The notes beneath the pieces were generated by a model. The model was not told where the DNA came from, did no database searches, and saw only the letters and a list, made by a program, of their open reading frames with translations. This document shows positions 40,933-54,840 of a DNA stretch of 64,000 bases, piece by piece. The stretch is taken from the NCBI GenBank assembly GCA_951406725.2, contig OX597829.1, forward strand, positions 56,978,001-57,042,000, in the 5' to 3' direction. Every line of letters starts with the position of its first letter. Position 1 is the first letter of the stretch. The position numbers were made by a program, and so were the translations under genes. This DNA comes from Octopus vulgaris. Taxonomy: Eukaryota.

Positions 40933-41635
40933 GGATCTTTTCGGTTTGAAAGGCAGTTTTGTAAAAAATAATTTATATGTAACTAAAAAGTTTTAAACTT
41001 CGTATACTGGTAGAATGTGTTTATAAAACATCTTTTTCTCTTGGCTTTATTGAGAAAATTCTGTAAATTGAAAGATATTTGGTCTTTAATTTCTTGCATT
41101 TCGGCAATTTCAACCAATCAATGACCGTCTATTGGGGTGAAAACAATATCTGCCGAAGTCTGTCAACAGCAATTTTTCTGCGGTGTCATATGAAAATGTC
41201 CTTAAGAAACAGATTGGATTTATTTACATTTCTGAAGAAAAAAAAGATACCCTTCCCCCACCCCTAACCCTAACCAACCCCAAAACAGATTGAAATGCAA
41301 TAGATCGATACTAGGGTCATAATTATGGGTGGACACTAAAGAGTAAATAAACCCAATCTGTTTCTTAGGGACATTTTCATATGACACCGCAAAAAATTGC
41401 TGTTGACAGACTTCGGCAGATATTGTTTTCATCTCAATAGACGGTCATTGATTGGTTGAAATTGCCGAAATGCAAGAAATTAAAGACCAAATATCTTACA
41501 AACTACAGAATTTTCTCAATAAAGCCAAGAGAAAAAGATGTTTTATAAACACATTCTACCAGTATACGAAGTTTAATATTTTTTTAGTTTCATATGAATT
41601 ATTTTAAAAAACTGCCTTTCAAACCGAAAAGATCC
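40933..41635. mobile_element. Merlin-type foldback MITE with about 295-bp inverted arms and central CCCTAA repeats
   Basis: Termini GGATCTTTTCGGTTTG / CAAACCGAAAAGATCC; arms 40933-41228 and 41342-41635 are highly similar; partial TSD ccgacatat / ccgacggat. Confidence 0.85.
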
Positions 41636-43463
41636 CCGACGGATATTCTTGTAATTGTCGTCAGTGTAAGACTTTAGGCAAGAAGAGGTTCGGCTTAGCT
41701 TTTAGGGTTGCAATAGGGTTAAATCCACTAAAAAGCATCGGCAAGACCAGTCGGACATATATTTCTTTTTATCGCTTTAGACTGGAGGGAAGGCAGTGCC
41801 CCTGGCCCTTCAAAGGGCATCTGAGACGGGTGGGGAAGGAGGGAAGAGAGAACAAAGTAGTTTTAAACCGGGGAACTGGCCTGAATACTCTGCAGCAGAC
41901 TAGAGTCCGTCAAAGGCATCAACGGATGAGAGAGAGAGAGAGATGGGGAGAAGAGCGAAGAAAAAAGCAAGGAAAGGTGGGGGTGTAAGGAAGAAAGAGA
42001 AAGGAAAAGTGAAAAAGAAAAAGAGGAAAAGAAACACGAGACAGATGGTGTTAAATAAGCCTATAACCTAGTATGTCAGAGTAGCATTTGAACCCAGAAA
42101 GCAGAGTCGGAAAAAATTCTATAAGATATCCCACAACTAAATTCTATCAGTCCACCGCCCCAAACACTTGAAAGAATAAGATGACCACGGCGAGTTTTGA
42201 ACTCGCACGCAAGGAGCCAAAAATAAATACCATAAGATAGTTGGTGTGATGCTCTTATCGTTTTGCTGTAACATAGCAAATTGTGTAAAATGCCTATTAT
42301 AAAACGAAAGTTTAAGAAAACGGTTTAAACATTGTCAAAGTCCTTTCAATGACATCATTAGTTGATTGATTGAGAGAGAGAGAGAGATCACATACATTTT
42401 GGACAGTGATTGTAACACACTTTGTTTTAGACCATCATTGAGTAAAAAAAACAAACAAGATGAGTGGGTAAACGAAAGCCTAAAAATTGCCGCTGCTCTT
42501 TTGTTGGCAATTGATGAAAAAATATTAAGGACGATGCTGAAAAGATCAAATCGGTGGTTTCTCTTCCTTTTTGCCCAAACGATGCACTGTTTATAAAAGC
42601 AAAAACAAGAACACTGCATTTATTTAACTAACAAAGGGAAAAAAAATCTCGACTTTCAATCTAGAAAAGTTTTTTTTATAGCATTTTCTATATATTTAAA
42701 AAAAAATAAAATAAACAATTTTCTTTGACAAAATACCGATGAATATAATGTGTTTTGTGTCAAGGACAACTGTAAGTGTCTTGATAAAGCTTTAGCTTTT
42801 ATTGATAAACTGAAGATAAACATCAATTAAGTGGAATTGCTAGAAATAGCAATTCAATCTCTCCGAAACAGTACAATTGGATAACGTAGTTTGAAGGTTA
42901 AAAAAGAAAAGATGGCCAGACCTGTTTTATCAGAGTTGACCCTGACCGTAATATAGCAACAACCAAAGTACTGTTGCTCAAAGTTGCACGAAATAGCAGC
43001 CAAATCTCACTCAACTTGCACCCTACTATCTTTTCATCCCCTTTTCAAGCCAATCTCCTTTATAAAGCAAATATACTGGGACCCTATATGGTGCTTATTT
43101 ATTGACTGCAGTCCACAGTATGCCTAGATTCAGGTTGGGCCCCCGGGTAGCTGCTTAGTGAGGGGCCATGTCTTAAATCGGCGGTATTGTAAAATTGAAG
43201 AGTATACTATTGGCCTGCAGTGCCGAGTTGATTTAATACGGGAGCATTCCACCCGAGAATAGGTTAAGACTTTCGATACTGAAAATAAACCTAAGCGACC
43301 TGTTAGAAATAGCATCCAAACCTAACTTCTATTATCACTTTAAAGACTTTAAAAAAAAAGTATGATCCATGGGATAAAGTAATTTTGGAGGTTTAAGTGT
43401 TTCTAAGAAGAAAAAAAAGGAAGTAAACTGACTGGAAACGAAGCCGTAAAACATCCTATAATT

Positions 43464-43664
43464 TCATAGAGACCGTAATGCGAAGTAGTGACATCCCTTA
43501 ATCTTATTAATGGAACTCTCCCCATTATGCCACGTCCACAAGCCCCATACATGTGTAATACTTCTTAGGGGTATCTTAAGTATTTCAGAAATAACAACTG
43601 AGGTACGCCGTTCCAACTTATGACCACCACTAGAGACAAGGCAATTCGACGACTCGCATGTCAA
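43464..43664 (-). mobile_element. Possible Tc1-like transposase HTH relic
   Basis: ISEILKIPLRSITHVWGLW...GESSINKIKG resembles the Tc1 paired-like HTH; highly decayed. Confidence 0.35.
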
Positions 43665-44899
43665 TGCATGATAGCCACTATATTACATGTGAGCAATAAT
43701 CCTTGGATGACTACTGAGCTAATTTACAGAATGAAAGCTACCCACAGTGAACCGACAGGAAGCGATTGTCTTCCTCGTTCCGATCCATTCACGTTCTACA
43801 CATCGGTTAGATTACAGAGATTGTTTGCATGAAATTATAAAAATCTGCTGTCGTCTACCTTCTTTACTTCCATTTTTTTAAAGCTTAAACTGCACGTTGT
43901 TAACTCTTTGGGATAGACTGAAAAAAATTGGAGAAAAATAAAAGACAATCTGGTCACATCTCATTTGCTCAAAAGTCAGCTTTTATCAGGACTGAAGGTA
44001 AGCTGCCTAACATAGCAACCGGATAGAGAATAGCCTCTCTCCACGGTTACTCTTTATACTTGTCTCAGTCATTTGACTGCGGCCATGCTGGAGCACCTCC
44101 TTTAGCCGAACACATCAACACCAGGACTTACTCTTTGTAAGCCTAGTACTTATTCTATCGGTATCTGTTGACGAACCGCTATGTTACGGGGACGTAAACA
44201 TACCAACATCGGTTATGAAGCGATGGTGGGGGACAAACGTCGACACAAACACACACATATATATATATGGGCTTTTTTCAATTTCCGTCCACCAGAATAG
44301 AAGACACTTTCCCAATGTGTCACACAGTGGGATTGAACTTGGAACCATGTGGTTGGGAAGCGAGTTTCTTACCACACAGCCATTTAACTTTGGTAACCAA
44401 GTGTTCGTCACCTGAAACCCTATTGTCTTAAATCAGGCGAATATCCACTGGGAAATGCTATCCTGGATATACAATAAAACAAAACAGCCATGACTAACAA
44501 GTAACTAAGCAACCGAGTCGTCGCTTAACTTCAAATCAAATACGATGACCGAAAGCTAAACCATGAAATAGACATTACCCAAGTTGTTCCAACCGTTTCT
44601 TTTTACAAACACAGTATACCTTGGATTATATTACCCAGTGAATACTTCCACTTTTTTTTTACAGTAACGTGTAATATGGAGGAAATTTGACTATTTCTAC
44701 CAGATTGAGTAACCAACAATCAAAAAAAAAAAAACAGTTTCTCAACATGGAAATCTGGAAATTCAAAAAGTTTCCAGAAGATAACGAACTTGGGATACAC
44801 TGATATAGAGTGTTCATCGTTGGTTCGTACAACTGGGTGGATTGCCGAGGTTCATGAAAAGTCAGAAACAGGGTATCTGCGGTAGACACATGGTTTTGT

Positions 44900-45400
44900 G
44901 TTGTGTAGGTGCAGAAACTGTTAGCCGTAAACGTTACTTGTAAATAGATCATGTATTCTACAAGACTCAGGTGATGTTCCTTTGAGTAGTTCTCTTACAT
45001 CTAGGACTCACATCTGCAGCCACTTATACATTCTGGACGGCATTCAGAGAAGAGCCTAACAGACACGCCGCATCCTCTTGGTCGATATATCTTCATTCTA
45101 TTTCTTCTATCGTTACTATAATGGTCTTTCATCCCTACCTCTGGTTGCGGGTTACTATTTTCAGTCCTTACTCCCCAGAATATTCACTTTCCGGAAAATT
45201 TTCTCTGCTTATTGCTTACTTGCATGTGTTGACCTGCAACATTTTAAATGGAATATCAACATCAGTTTTACGAGTCTATAAGCCAAGGGCACTGTCCCTT
45301 CCTCCAGATTCAGCAAGCAGAAAAATATGTACATTTATATAACCGTAGCCCCTATACAAATCGTCTACATACATTCCACATCTGGTCAGAACCTATTACA
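44900..45400 (+). mobile_element. Decayed CR1/L2/Jockey-like LINE 3' region
   Basis: SSFYFFYRYYNGLSS resembles the post-RT 'LFYRY..G.CS' motif; heavily degraded. Confidence 0.4.
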
Positions 45401-45774
45401 AGCTTCACAGAGGACTGCGGACACCATTGTACAAGTGCTATGGCGTGAATACCCAAGTCGGGTTTCCCTCAGTGGCGTAGCTAGAGTGTCTGTCGCCTGG
45501 GGTAGCCCTAGAGAGTACCGCTTCCCCTCCGGGCCCTCAAAACTAAACAAGCTAACACAGCAGGCCCTAAAGTGCCACCCCAAGCAGCATGCCCCATGGC
45601 AAACGGCTCTTTTAGCTACCTACTTGTCCCCTAGTATCTTTAACTATCACAAAACTCACTGAATGTGGACGGCTATTTCGGTTGTGTGTGTTAGACATGT
45701 CACTACACATACATACTACTCTTATTCTTTTACTTGTTTCAGTCATTCAACTGTGGCCACGCAGGAGTACCACC

Positions 45775-45808
<34 letters not shown>

Positions 45809-48617
45809 ATAAACACACACAATTTACATACATTCATCTATACCTACCATTTATAATATAAAATTGTTTTCTTTAATACGATATTTTTTCTCCTCTAAAT
45901 TAAATAATAACAGGGCCCTTGGTAAATACCACGGCTGACACACACCATTCAGCGATGTGTGTGTGTGTGAGTGTGCAAATGCGCCAGTGTTATGCGAGAG
46001 TCAGTGAGTGTGTATGTGTGGGGAAGTTATTGTATTAATGTTTTTCATGTGTTGAATTTCCTGTATGCTGGCGCTCACAAAGCAATCTGAATGTCTGTCT
46101 ATATTGTATGTATGCATGTATTAATGTGCCCCTCCTCTCTACTTGTGTCCATATGTGCATAAAAGAGATTCTATGTATTTTGTGTGTATGTATTTTCTCT
46201 CTGCGTGTGTCTGAGAGAGAGGGAGGGGAGAGGAGAAGAGACAGTGCAAGTTTATTCTTTGTTTATTTTTTCCTGTAAATATATATTGTATCTGAGGACT
46301 TGAAATTGACGGATAGATTCCCTGCATTGTTATTTTATGTAACAATAGGCAGACAGTATCATTTAACATAGAATAAAATAATTATAAAAAGAACAGCTAA
46401 AATCATACGAATCTAACACCCCCCCTGCCACGCAAAATAGAGAAAAACGACAAATTTAAAAAGATATTTCTCTTGCCAAGAAACTGCAATGGTGTTGCCA
46501 AAACGTTTCAATAAAACTATAAAAGGTTTCTAAATTTTAAACATGGATTATTATGGTTGTTATATCGACTGAGAGGAGTGGATGGGGAGAAAGAAAAAGG
46601 GGGATGTTGTGAGGTTCATGCGTTTTTTTCCTTTTTTAAAGAGTGAACTGGCAGAGTTATTAGAGAATCCAGCAGAATGCTTAGTAATATCTGTTCTGAA
46701 CCTCAGCACTCTTGAGTTCAAATCTCGACGAGATCAACTTTACCTTTCATTCTTTCAGGTGAAAGAAGGTATCATTCCAAAGTGGTGGATCAGCGGAACT
46801 GTAAGAACGTCAGATTGGATACTTTGCAGAATTTTTTCTTTTTTTGCGTTCTGAATTTAAATCCTACCATGGCCTTCTTGGATGGTACACTATCTGTCGC
46901 CTGTTTAATACTAGTAGTTAAGTACCTTGTGTGACTTTAATGGCGTCCAATCTGTTTTAAGCATTGGGGTCACGTTTCGGTTTGAAGATACCTTCCACAC
47001 TCCCTCCCAAAACCACAGAGGCCTTGTAGCGGGGCATGCGTACTGCTTACTCTCCTTGACTGAAAATATTATATATATATAAAGTAAACCAATGCAGTAT
47101 ATCTGCCTAACCTCAAAAGTAGTCCGAAGTTGAGTTCGTCTTTACTTCCGAGCCAAAACTTTCTCCAGAAATGCTTGGTCTTGCTTTTAGGTTAAACGAA
47201 AGAAATCCAGCCAGAAGATAAAAACAAAAATTGGGTCGTTTAGTCAACGTCTTTCAGTAGAAACATGTCACTCTACAGGTCGATGAGAGCAAATATATCA
47301 GATGAACCATAATCGCTGAAAAACCAAGAAATACTAACCAGATACCCTTTAATCGTACTATGCCATCTAAATAAATAAAGGGTATATTGAATAATGTATT
47401 CTAGGGTAACCTTACCTAAAAAAAGGAAATAAAAAAGACACGATGGTCCGAATTGACCATTTTTGATCTTGGGTGTGCAAGATCAGGCTAGTCTTGAGTT
47501 TAAATAATTATAACGAAAGTCCTTTTGATGAATATACACATCTGTTGCATAGAAATACACTTTATTAGGCGTTGTATGCAGAAAATCGATACAAGTTCAA
47601 TGGAAGACTATTTTATTATGTTGCGAATATCGATAGGAAAACGAATCCAAGGCAAAAACACCGAAAAAAAAAAAAGAACAAAACAAAACAAAAGCTGGAA
47701 AACAATGTCAATAAAACTTCAATAAAAAAACTGATTTAATGTTTTCATTTTCTTTCAATGTTTTCCCACCTATCTATAATTACTATTTATATAAAATCTT
47801 TCAGGAAAAACATCAAAATAAATTTAATTTCAGAAAATTGTGTTGTCATTGTTTACAAACCACGTGTATTGTCAGTTAATAAACTGACTTAAAATATTAC
47901 TTAATTATAGTATTATTTACGGTAGTTAAGTGAAATATATTTTCTCACTCGCATTGATTTTTATTTCCGTTCATCGTGAGAGTTTCTGAACTCACGGCAA
48001 AGACGGGGACCTAAGCATGGAACTGCGAATGGTTAGAAATAGCAATTAGATCACCTTCATATAAAATTAACTCATTTTCTTGGACGGAGTTTGGATTAAG
48101 CATCCCTTACTTCAGGGGAAATAAGAAGAGTTGGTTTTCTTCTTTAAATAAATAAATAAAATATTTCTGTTTCATACAGCGGAAATTACAATTCTGAAAA
48201 AGATTTTTTAAATAAAAATTTCGATTTTTTAACATATTCTCATCCTCGCTGCCACTACTTCCGTAAATTTCTCGTTTCCCATTGAAGTATGAGGCGTCTA
48301 ATTCGAAACTCCGCCCTTTTCTTAATATACGAATACCACATTAGGTAACGTGATCTATGAGAGGGCCACGGCTGGAACATCTTTGTTTATATGTTTACTT
48401 GATCAGAGTTAACAAGGAGCTAAATAACTAATTAATGAAACTGGTCCGGAATCATTCACGGAAGTTCTTATGTTACAGAAAACCTACCAACAAGAGACGT
48501 GACAGGGATTACAACTATGGAATGAAAGAGAGCTCCATGAATTTCTAAGAATACAGATGACCGAGTTGTTTTGTTTAAACCAGGTGAACTCTGTTTCAGC
48601 AGACCTATCAAAGGAGT

Positions 48618-48945
48618 GGAGGCGCAATGGTCCAGTGGTTAGGGCAGCGGATTCGCGGTATCGATTCCCAGACCGGGCGTTGTGAATGTTTGAGCGAAAA
48701 CACCTAAAGCTTCACGAGGCTCCGGCAGGGGCAAGGTGGAGAACCCCGCTGTACACCACAACTTTCTTCCTGTTTCGGTTGTACCTGTATTTCAAAGGGC
48801 CAGCCTTGTCATACTCTGTGTCATGCTGAATCTCCCTGGGAACTACATTAAGGGTACACGTGTCTGTGGAATGCTCAGCCACTTGCATGTTAATTTCACG
48901 AGCAGGTTGTTCCGTTGATCGGATCAACTGGCACCCTTGTCGTCG
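48618..48945 (+). mobile_element. tRNA-derived SINE, family A copy
   Basis: Colinear with 10255-10600. Confidence 0.85.
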
Positions 48946-49260
48946 TATTCTAGCCATGGCCACCCGGTTTATTTTTTTAGATATAGGCACAGGCGTGACT
49001 GTATGGTAGGAAGCTTACTTTCCAATCCCATGGTTCCGGGTTCAGTCCCACTACGTAGCACCTTGCACAAATCTCTTCTACTATAACATTGGGCCAACCA
49101 AAGCCTTGTGAGTGGATTTGGTAGAAGGAAACTGAAAGAAGCCTGTTGTGTGTGTGTATATAGGAAAGGTTTTATGTCACTAATTGTGACAGAGGGTGCC
49201 GAAGCACCTATATAGCAAAAAAAAAAAAAGTGTTAGAAACTCTTAAAGCTGTATGAAGCG

Positions 49261-49613
<353 letters not shown>

Positions 49614-49638
49614 TAACTATTATATGTATGTATGCATG

Positions 49639-50357
49639 CATGTGTGTGTGTGTGTGGGTGTTCGACTAAAAACCCTCTAAGGGGGTGCTTCAGCATGGCC
49701 GCAGTCAAATTGCTGAAACAAGTAAAAGATAAAGGATGTCATGAGGCTACGATTCCTTTAGCTTAATATGTACCGTGTCTATGAAACCGATGTGTGATTC
49801 CTGAGCTTTCTCGAATCAATAAACTATGAGAAACAACAATAGAACAGCATCTTATCCTGTGAATACGTTGTGAACGCTGGAAATAAACATCAGTCCCGTA
49901 AAATTTTGTGATTCAGGAGCACAAGAGAGAAAAAAAGGGGTCTTGCTCATAGAGAGCTACATAAATTTTTCTTTGTAAATTAGCTATGTGAGGTGAGACA
50001 TGTGTGTGTGTGTGTGGGTGTTCGACTAAAAACCCTCTAAGGGGGTGCTTCAGCATGGCCGCAGTCAAATTGCTGAAACAAGTAAAAGATAAAGGATGTC
50101 ATGAGGCTACGATTCCTTTAGTTTAATATGTACCGTGTCTATGAAACCGATGTGTGATTCCTGAGCTTTCTCGAATCAATAAACTATCAGAAACAACAAT
50201 AGAACAGCATCTTATCCTGTGAATACGTTGTGAACGCTGGAAATAAACATCAGTCCCGTAAAATTTTGTGATTCAGGAGCACAAGAGAGAAAAAAAGGGG
50301 TCTTGCTCATAGAGAGCTACATAAATTTTTCTTTGTAAATTAGCTATGTGAGGTGAG
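49639..50357 (+). repeat. Near-perfect 360-bp tandem duplication
   Basis: 49639-49997 versus 49999-50357, period exactly 360; two substitutions seen (gctta/gttta, tatga/tatca). Confidence 0.95.
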
Positions 50358-50939
50358 TATGGTGTTTGATTTTCAGTTTTAAAAAACTTAGCAAGGAATG
50401 ACCAGGAAAATACTTAGCGTATATTCTGGTGGGAAGGACACAGTAGATGTGACGACTGCAGAAGAGACAGGTGAGTCAGGATGGCATGGAAGAAAGTACG
50501 GTTTCAATGTCTTCGTGCAGACGAAGAGAGGACGTTATTAGTAGCGATAGAAAGAAAGAAATAATCCATATTTGAGTTAGAGGTTATGGTAATTGAAGGT
50601 CAGTGGCTCTTTGCCAACGAAGCAAATGGGTATTTTTACTTTTTCATGCGGTCTAGGACGTGTGTTGTATGTAGCAACAACGTCTAGGTATGTGAATAGT
50701 AGTATAGAGTGTGTGTGGGCGGTCTTATGTAAACTTTGTAGAAGGTCAAGGGTCACCAACTAATCAAGACTGGGAGATTTTGTAGGCCTTGGAGTCACCA
50801 ACTATCGACAGCAATTCAGTCATTGGCAATAAGCCAAGCTAGAGTTAACAAGTAGTTGAGGCATTAAAAAAAACAAAAAAACAACAACAAAAAAACCAAT
50901 GGAAGTGACGTCAGTAGCATCCCTAATTTCATAAAGTTG

Positions 50940-51357
50940 GGATCTTTTCCGTTTGAACGGCAGTTTTTTTCTAGCGGTGCCATATGAAATTGTCACCCAT
51001 AATTATGACCCTAGTATCGATCTATTGCATTTCAATCTGTTTTAGGGTTAGGGTTAGGGGTGGAGGCAAGGGTATCTTTTTTTCTTCACAAATGTAAATA
51101 AACCCAATCTGTTTCTTAAACGAGGGACATTTTCATACGGCACAGAATGTTTTTTACCTCAATTAGACGTCAGTGATTGGTTGAAATTGCAGAAATTGAA
51201 GAAAAAAAACAAATATCTTACAGACTATAGAATTTCCTCAATAAAGCCAAGAGAAAAATATGTTTTATAAACACATTCTCCCAGTATACGAAGTTTAAAA
51301 GTGTTTAGTTACGTGGAAATTATTTTTAAAAAACTGCCGTTCAAACCGAAAAGATCC
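50940..51357. mobile_element. Related Merlin-type MITE (one long arm, one short arm, (TTAGGG)3 inside)
   Basis: Termini GGATCTTTTCCGTTTGAACGGCAG / CTGCCGTTCAAACCGAAAAGATCC; internal sequence aligns with 40933-41635. Confidence 0.85.
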
Positions 51358-51591
51358 AAAGAGACCATAAAGCGAACTGGTAAAATTCTTTAATTTTATC
51401 AACAGAATTCCCCGATTTTGCCTCGTCCACTGGCATCTACTTGGTTAGTACATGCTAGGGATATGAATGCCACAGAGAAGGCAATTCAGGGGATGATTAA
51501 CATGCAGTTTACCGTCGTCAAAATGTGAAAGTAAATAGCAATGGAGACCAGATTAACAGTGGTATCAAAATTTCATAAAACACGTTAGATA

Positions 51592-51750
51592 TGTGATGGA
51601 TGGGCTTTGTTTTTGTGTCTCGGCAATTCCTATGCTCATGAAGTTGTCAACCATTGACTCAGTTTTGTAGATCCAAATGATGACAACATCCATACACAGG
51701 CTAGAGAAGGGTGATGGATGCTTGCTGAGAAGATACTTAAGCAACAATGA
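51592..51750 (+). pseudogene. Second Merlin transposase relic (C-terminal D..E region)
   Basis: One frame reads CDGWALFLCLGNSYAHEVVNH*LSFVDPNDDNIHTQAREG*WMLAEKILKQQ, matching the IS1595/Merlin D.W..Y...H..VNH...FVDP....HTQ..E..W motif. Confidence 0.75.
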
Positions 51751-52499
51751 TAATTTATTTAACATCAAATATTTTTAGGAGGTGGATCTGGGCCTGGTAA
51801 CATTATAATTTCCTGATTCCAATTGAGTCAGGTATAACAGCGAAAAAAAGAAAAAATATATGACAAGAGTTGTAACTGACTGCCACACCTTATTCAAACG
51901 CCTAATGGAAGGTACAGCAAAATTGGAACATCTTGAATGATTCAGCCAGAAAATATACATATTAGTTTGTCATGCAGTTGGAACTTGATGTGTGCTTGAC
52001 GGAACACTACAACGCGTCAAAGCACTCTACTGAAAAACTCTCGTCTCGGCCGAGATCCGAACTCGACCGTGCCTTTCCTGAAGAATAGTGGGAAAGATTC
52101 CTATTTTTAAAGCTGATGGGGTGGGGGTGGGGGACTCCCGTGAACAAACATAATTACCCGCGCTAGGCTGGTCTGTCACGAGAGGGAGTGGATAGTCCGT
52201 GTAAAACCAGGACTAGATCGATGTACACAGGATTACGTAACCAGGTCAAGTGACCACTTCTAGAAAACACGAATGATTCAATCTCGGGGATATTAAAGCT
52301 AAACGGCCGAATGATAAACATACTTCTGCGACATTTCCATGCGCATGTATGGCGATCGTGAAAAACTATTCATGAATCTCATTTCCTGCATCAATGGCTT
52401 AGGTTTCCCCTTAAATGGGATTGTTTTCATCTTATATAAAACGCGTACGGTGTTCATATTATATTAAATATATGTACGTTCTGTACATTAGTTATATCA

Positions 52500-53300
52500 C
52501 ATATATTGTTTACATGAAACTATGGAATGTTACTGTCGTCACTTTCGTTTTCTACAGCAATTTACTTTAATTTTTTTAGGACCATTTACTTTCACCTTTT
52601 TATGATGGTAAACTGCATGTTAACTTCAGTGGCTTGCATGTCGACGTATGATGGCCACCTCAGTGAGTAATCAATAATCCTACACCACCACTGAGCTGCA
52701 CAAAATGAACCGACAGGAAGCGATGGTCTTTCTTGTTCCTATCCATTCACGTTTCATACATTGGTTGGGTTACATTACATTGTTTACGTGAAATTATCGG
52801 ATTTCAATGTCGTCACTTCCGGTCAATTTACTTTATTTTTTTTTTTTTAACTCTTAAATTACGTGTTAACCGAACTCAGAAATGTTTTGCAACAAGCTAA
52901 AAGGTTTCGATCCATGTTCCTACGATAAATCCCACGAATTTCAAGCTTCTTATCGTAATTTTTCTCCTCATTCAATTTTATGGTTCTTTATCTGTTTGCG
53001 CACTTTATCACGTGATTCGTGGCACACTTCAGACATTTTATTGACTTGTTTGTGTTTATGTAAACGCATTCTGTTCAATATCTGCACATGAGATCGATAT
53101 TCCCACTGATATTTAATATCCCTGTTACATATCAATAAATTACTATTACCATCGTTGTCTCTGGAAAACGTTAAAATAATTAAGAAGTCGATTCAATATT
53201 TGGCCCTTAATATTAACAAAAGTAACTTCTCTTTCGCGTTTGCTGCTCGTTTTGTGTATTTATAACGAAAGACCACTAAAATGATTAGTAACTAGGTAAA
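52500..53300 (+). promoter_or_regulatory. Candidate promoter or first-exon region of a plus-strand gene
   Basis: Unique CpG-containing sequence at the CpG-rich to CpG-poor transition; duplicated TGTTTAC...CGTCACTT module; ETS-like CACTTCCGG; donor-like AG|GTAAAA near 53295. Confidence 0.3.
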
Positions 53301-53949
53301 AACACCCCTGCAACAAAATTACAGAATTTATCCTTTTGTAAAGATAAAACAAGTCACATTTCGTATGTGTTTTATGGGAGGAAAAATATATAAAAAAATA
53401 TTTTTCAACGATGTTTTAGTAAATATTCGGGTACATAATGCATCATCAAGACGGGTTTATATTTGATGTCTTGTTTTATCTCTAAGCTGAATAATACTAG
53501 AAAAAAAAAGAAAGAAAAAAACCCAGACAAACAAAGGCAATGACTTAATAAACAGAATATATAACAAAGAATTTTCCAATTAGAATAATTTTGAGAATAA
53601 CAAAAGGATTTTCAAACAAAATTGAATTAAACTACACACATAACACTAATTCCTTCCTTCCTTCCTTATTGTTGTTGTTGTTATTTACTGAAAGTTAATA
53701 AGAACTAATGGAGAAGAATACATTGAACAAAACGAACGTTATGTTAATTATATAGTTGTTTTAGTTTGGGGTTTTTGTTTGTGTTAGCCAATTATTGGCA
53801 GCACACGCAGACATATACATTTAACGTTCCAAATTAAAGATATGGATGGTTACCTTCCATAATAGCAATAAAGATCATGGTTTCTAGCAATAATATATTT
53901 GTACACAATTGTAAACTCAGCCATCATTATTGCTATTTAATGACTGGCC

Positions 53950-54840
53950 TGTATTCAGGAGCTGGATCGCTGCAATGCACAGTGACATTTGTTCAGTGGT
54001 CAGAGTGAAGGGTCACCTCTCACAGCTATTCAATATCATGTGCTCAGTCTGGCAAGGTTGCCCCCTCTCATCTTTTTAGGATGTACTGATTCTCAAGCCA
54101 CTACTACACTAACTGGAGGCATTGAGAGGCACCCTGCGTGATCTAGGATGTGGGAGATGCATGTCGGCACAAACTGACAACGTCACCATAGCGGTGTTGG
54201 ATCATAAATACATAGAAATGATTGGCATCGCTTTCAGAGGTGGTTTCAGGAGAAATCCAGTGAGCTTGCAGCTTGGCACCTGGAGAAGTAAGTTCATGCC
54301 ACCCAACTGCGTCATTGGGCGCTGCATGGACAGACCGGTTTAATTGCTCGGGGTCTGGTTCGGTCCGGACCTCCAGATGGACAAAAACTGGGATGATGTA
54401 ACAAACAGGGTGACTACACTCACCCAGAAATGGGCTGAGAGAAAGCTATCCCTGAAAGGTCGGGCAGAGGTGGCTAGTGCATGTATCATGTCCGTCATTT
54501 ACTATCACTTGACATTTGTGCCATGTCCTGGCCACTGTCTGGTTACATTGGAGCGTATACACTTCCGCTTCATGTGAAAGGAACACATCCCGATGATCAA
54601 GCAGTCTATCTGCTGCCAACACCCGCTGCATGGTGGCTTGGGCATGCCATGGTTGATGATGTGCAGACATGCACAGAGGCTGTGACATCACCAATGCTTC
54701 CTTGATAGTGAACAGGTGTGGCCACCGTTTGCTAGACACACATTTCCCCTGCTAGTTTTTTCTTAATAGAACTGCAGTCGTGGGTAAAACAGAGACTGAG
54801 AGGGAGCATTTGGAGTTGTGGAATGTCTTCAAGCGCTCAC
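53950..54840 (+). mobile_element. Tx1/L1-clade LINE reverse transcriptase relic
   Basis: FRSWIAAMHSDICSVVRVKGHLSQLFNIMCSVWQGCPLS, SAQTDNVTI (decayed YADD), LGVWFGPDLQMDKNW...WAERKLSLKGRAEV; stops and deletions. Confidence 0.85.
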
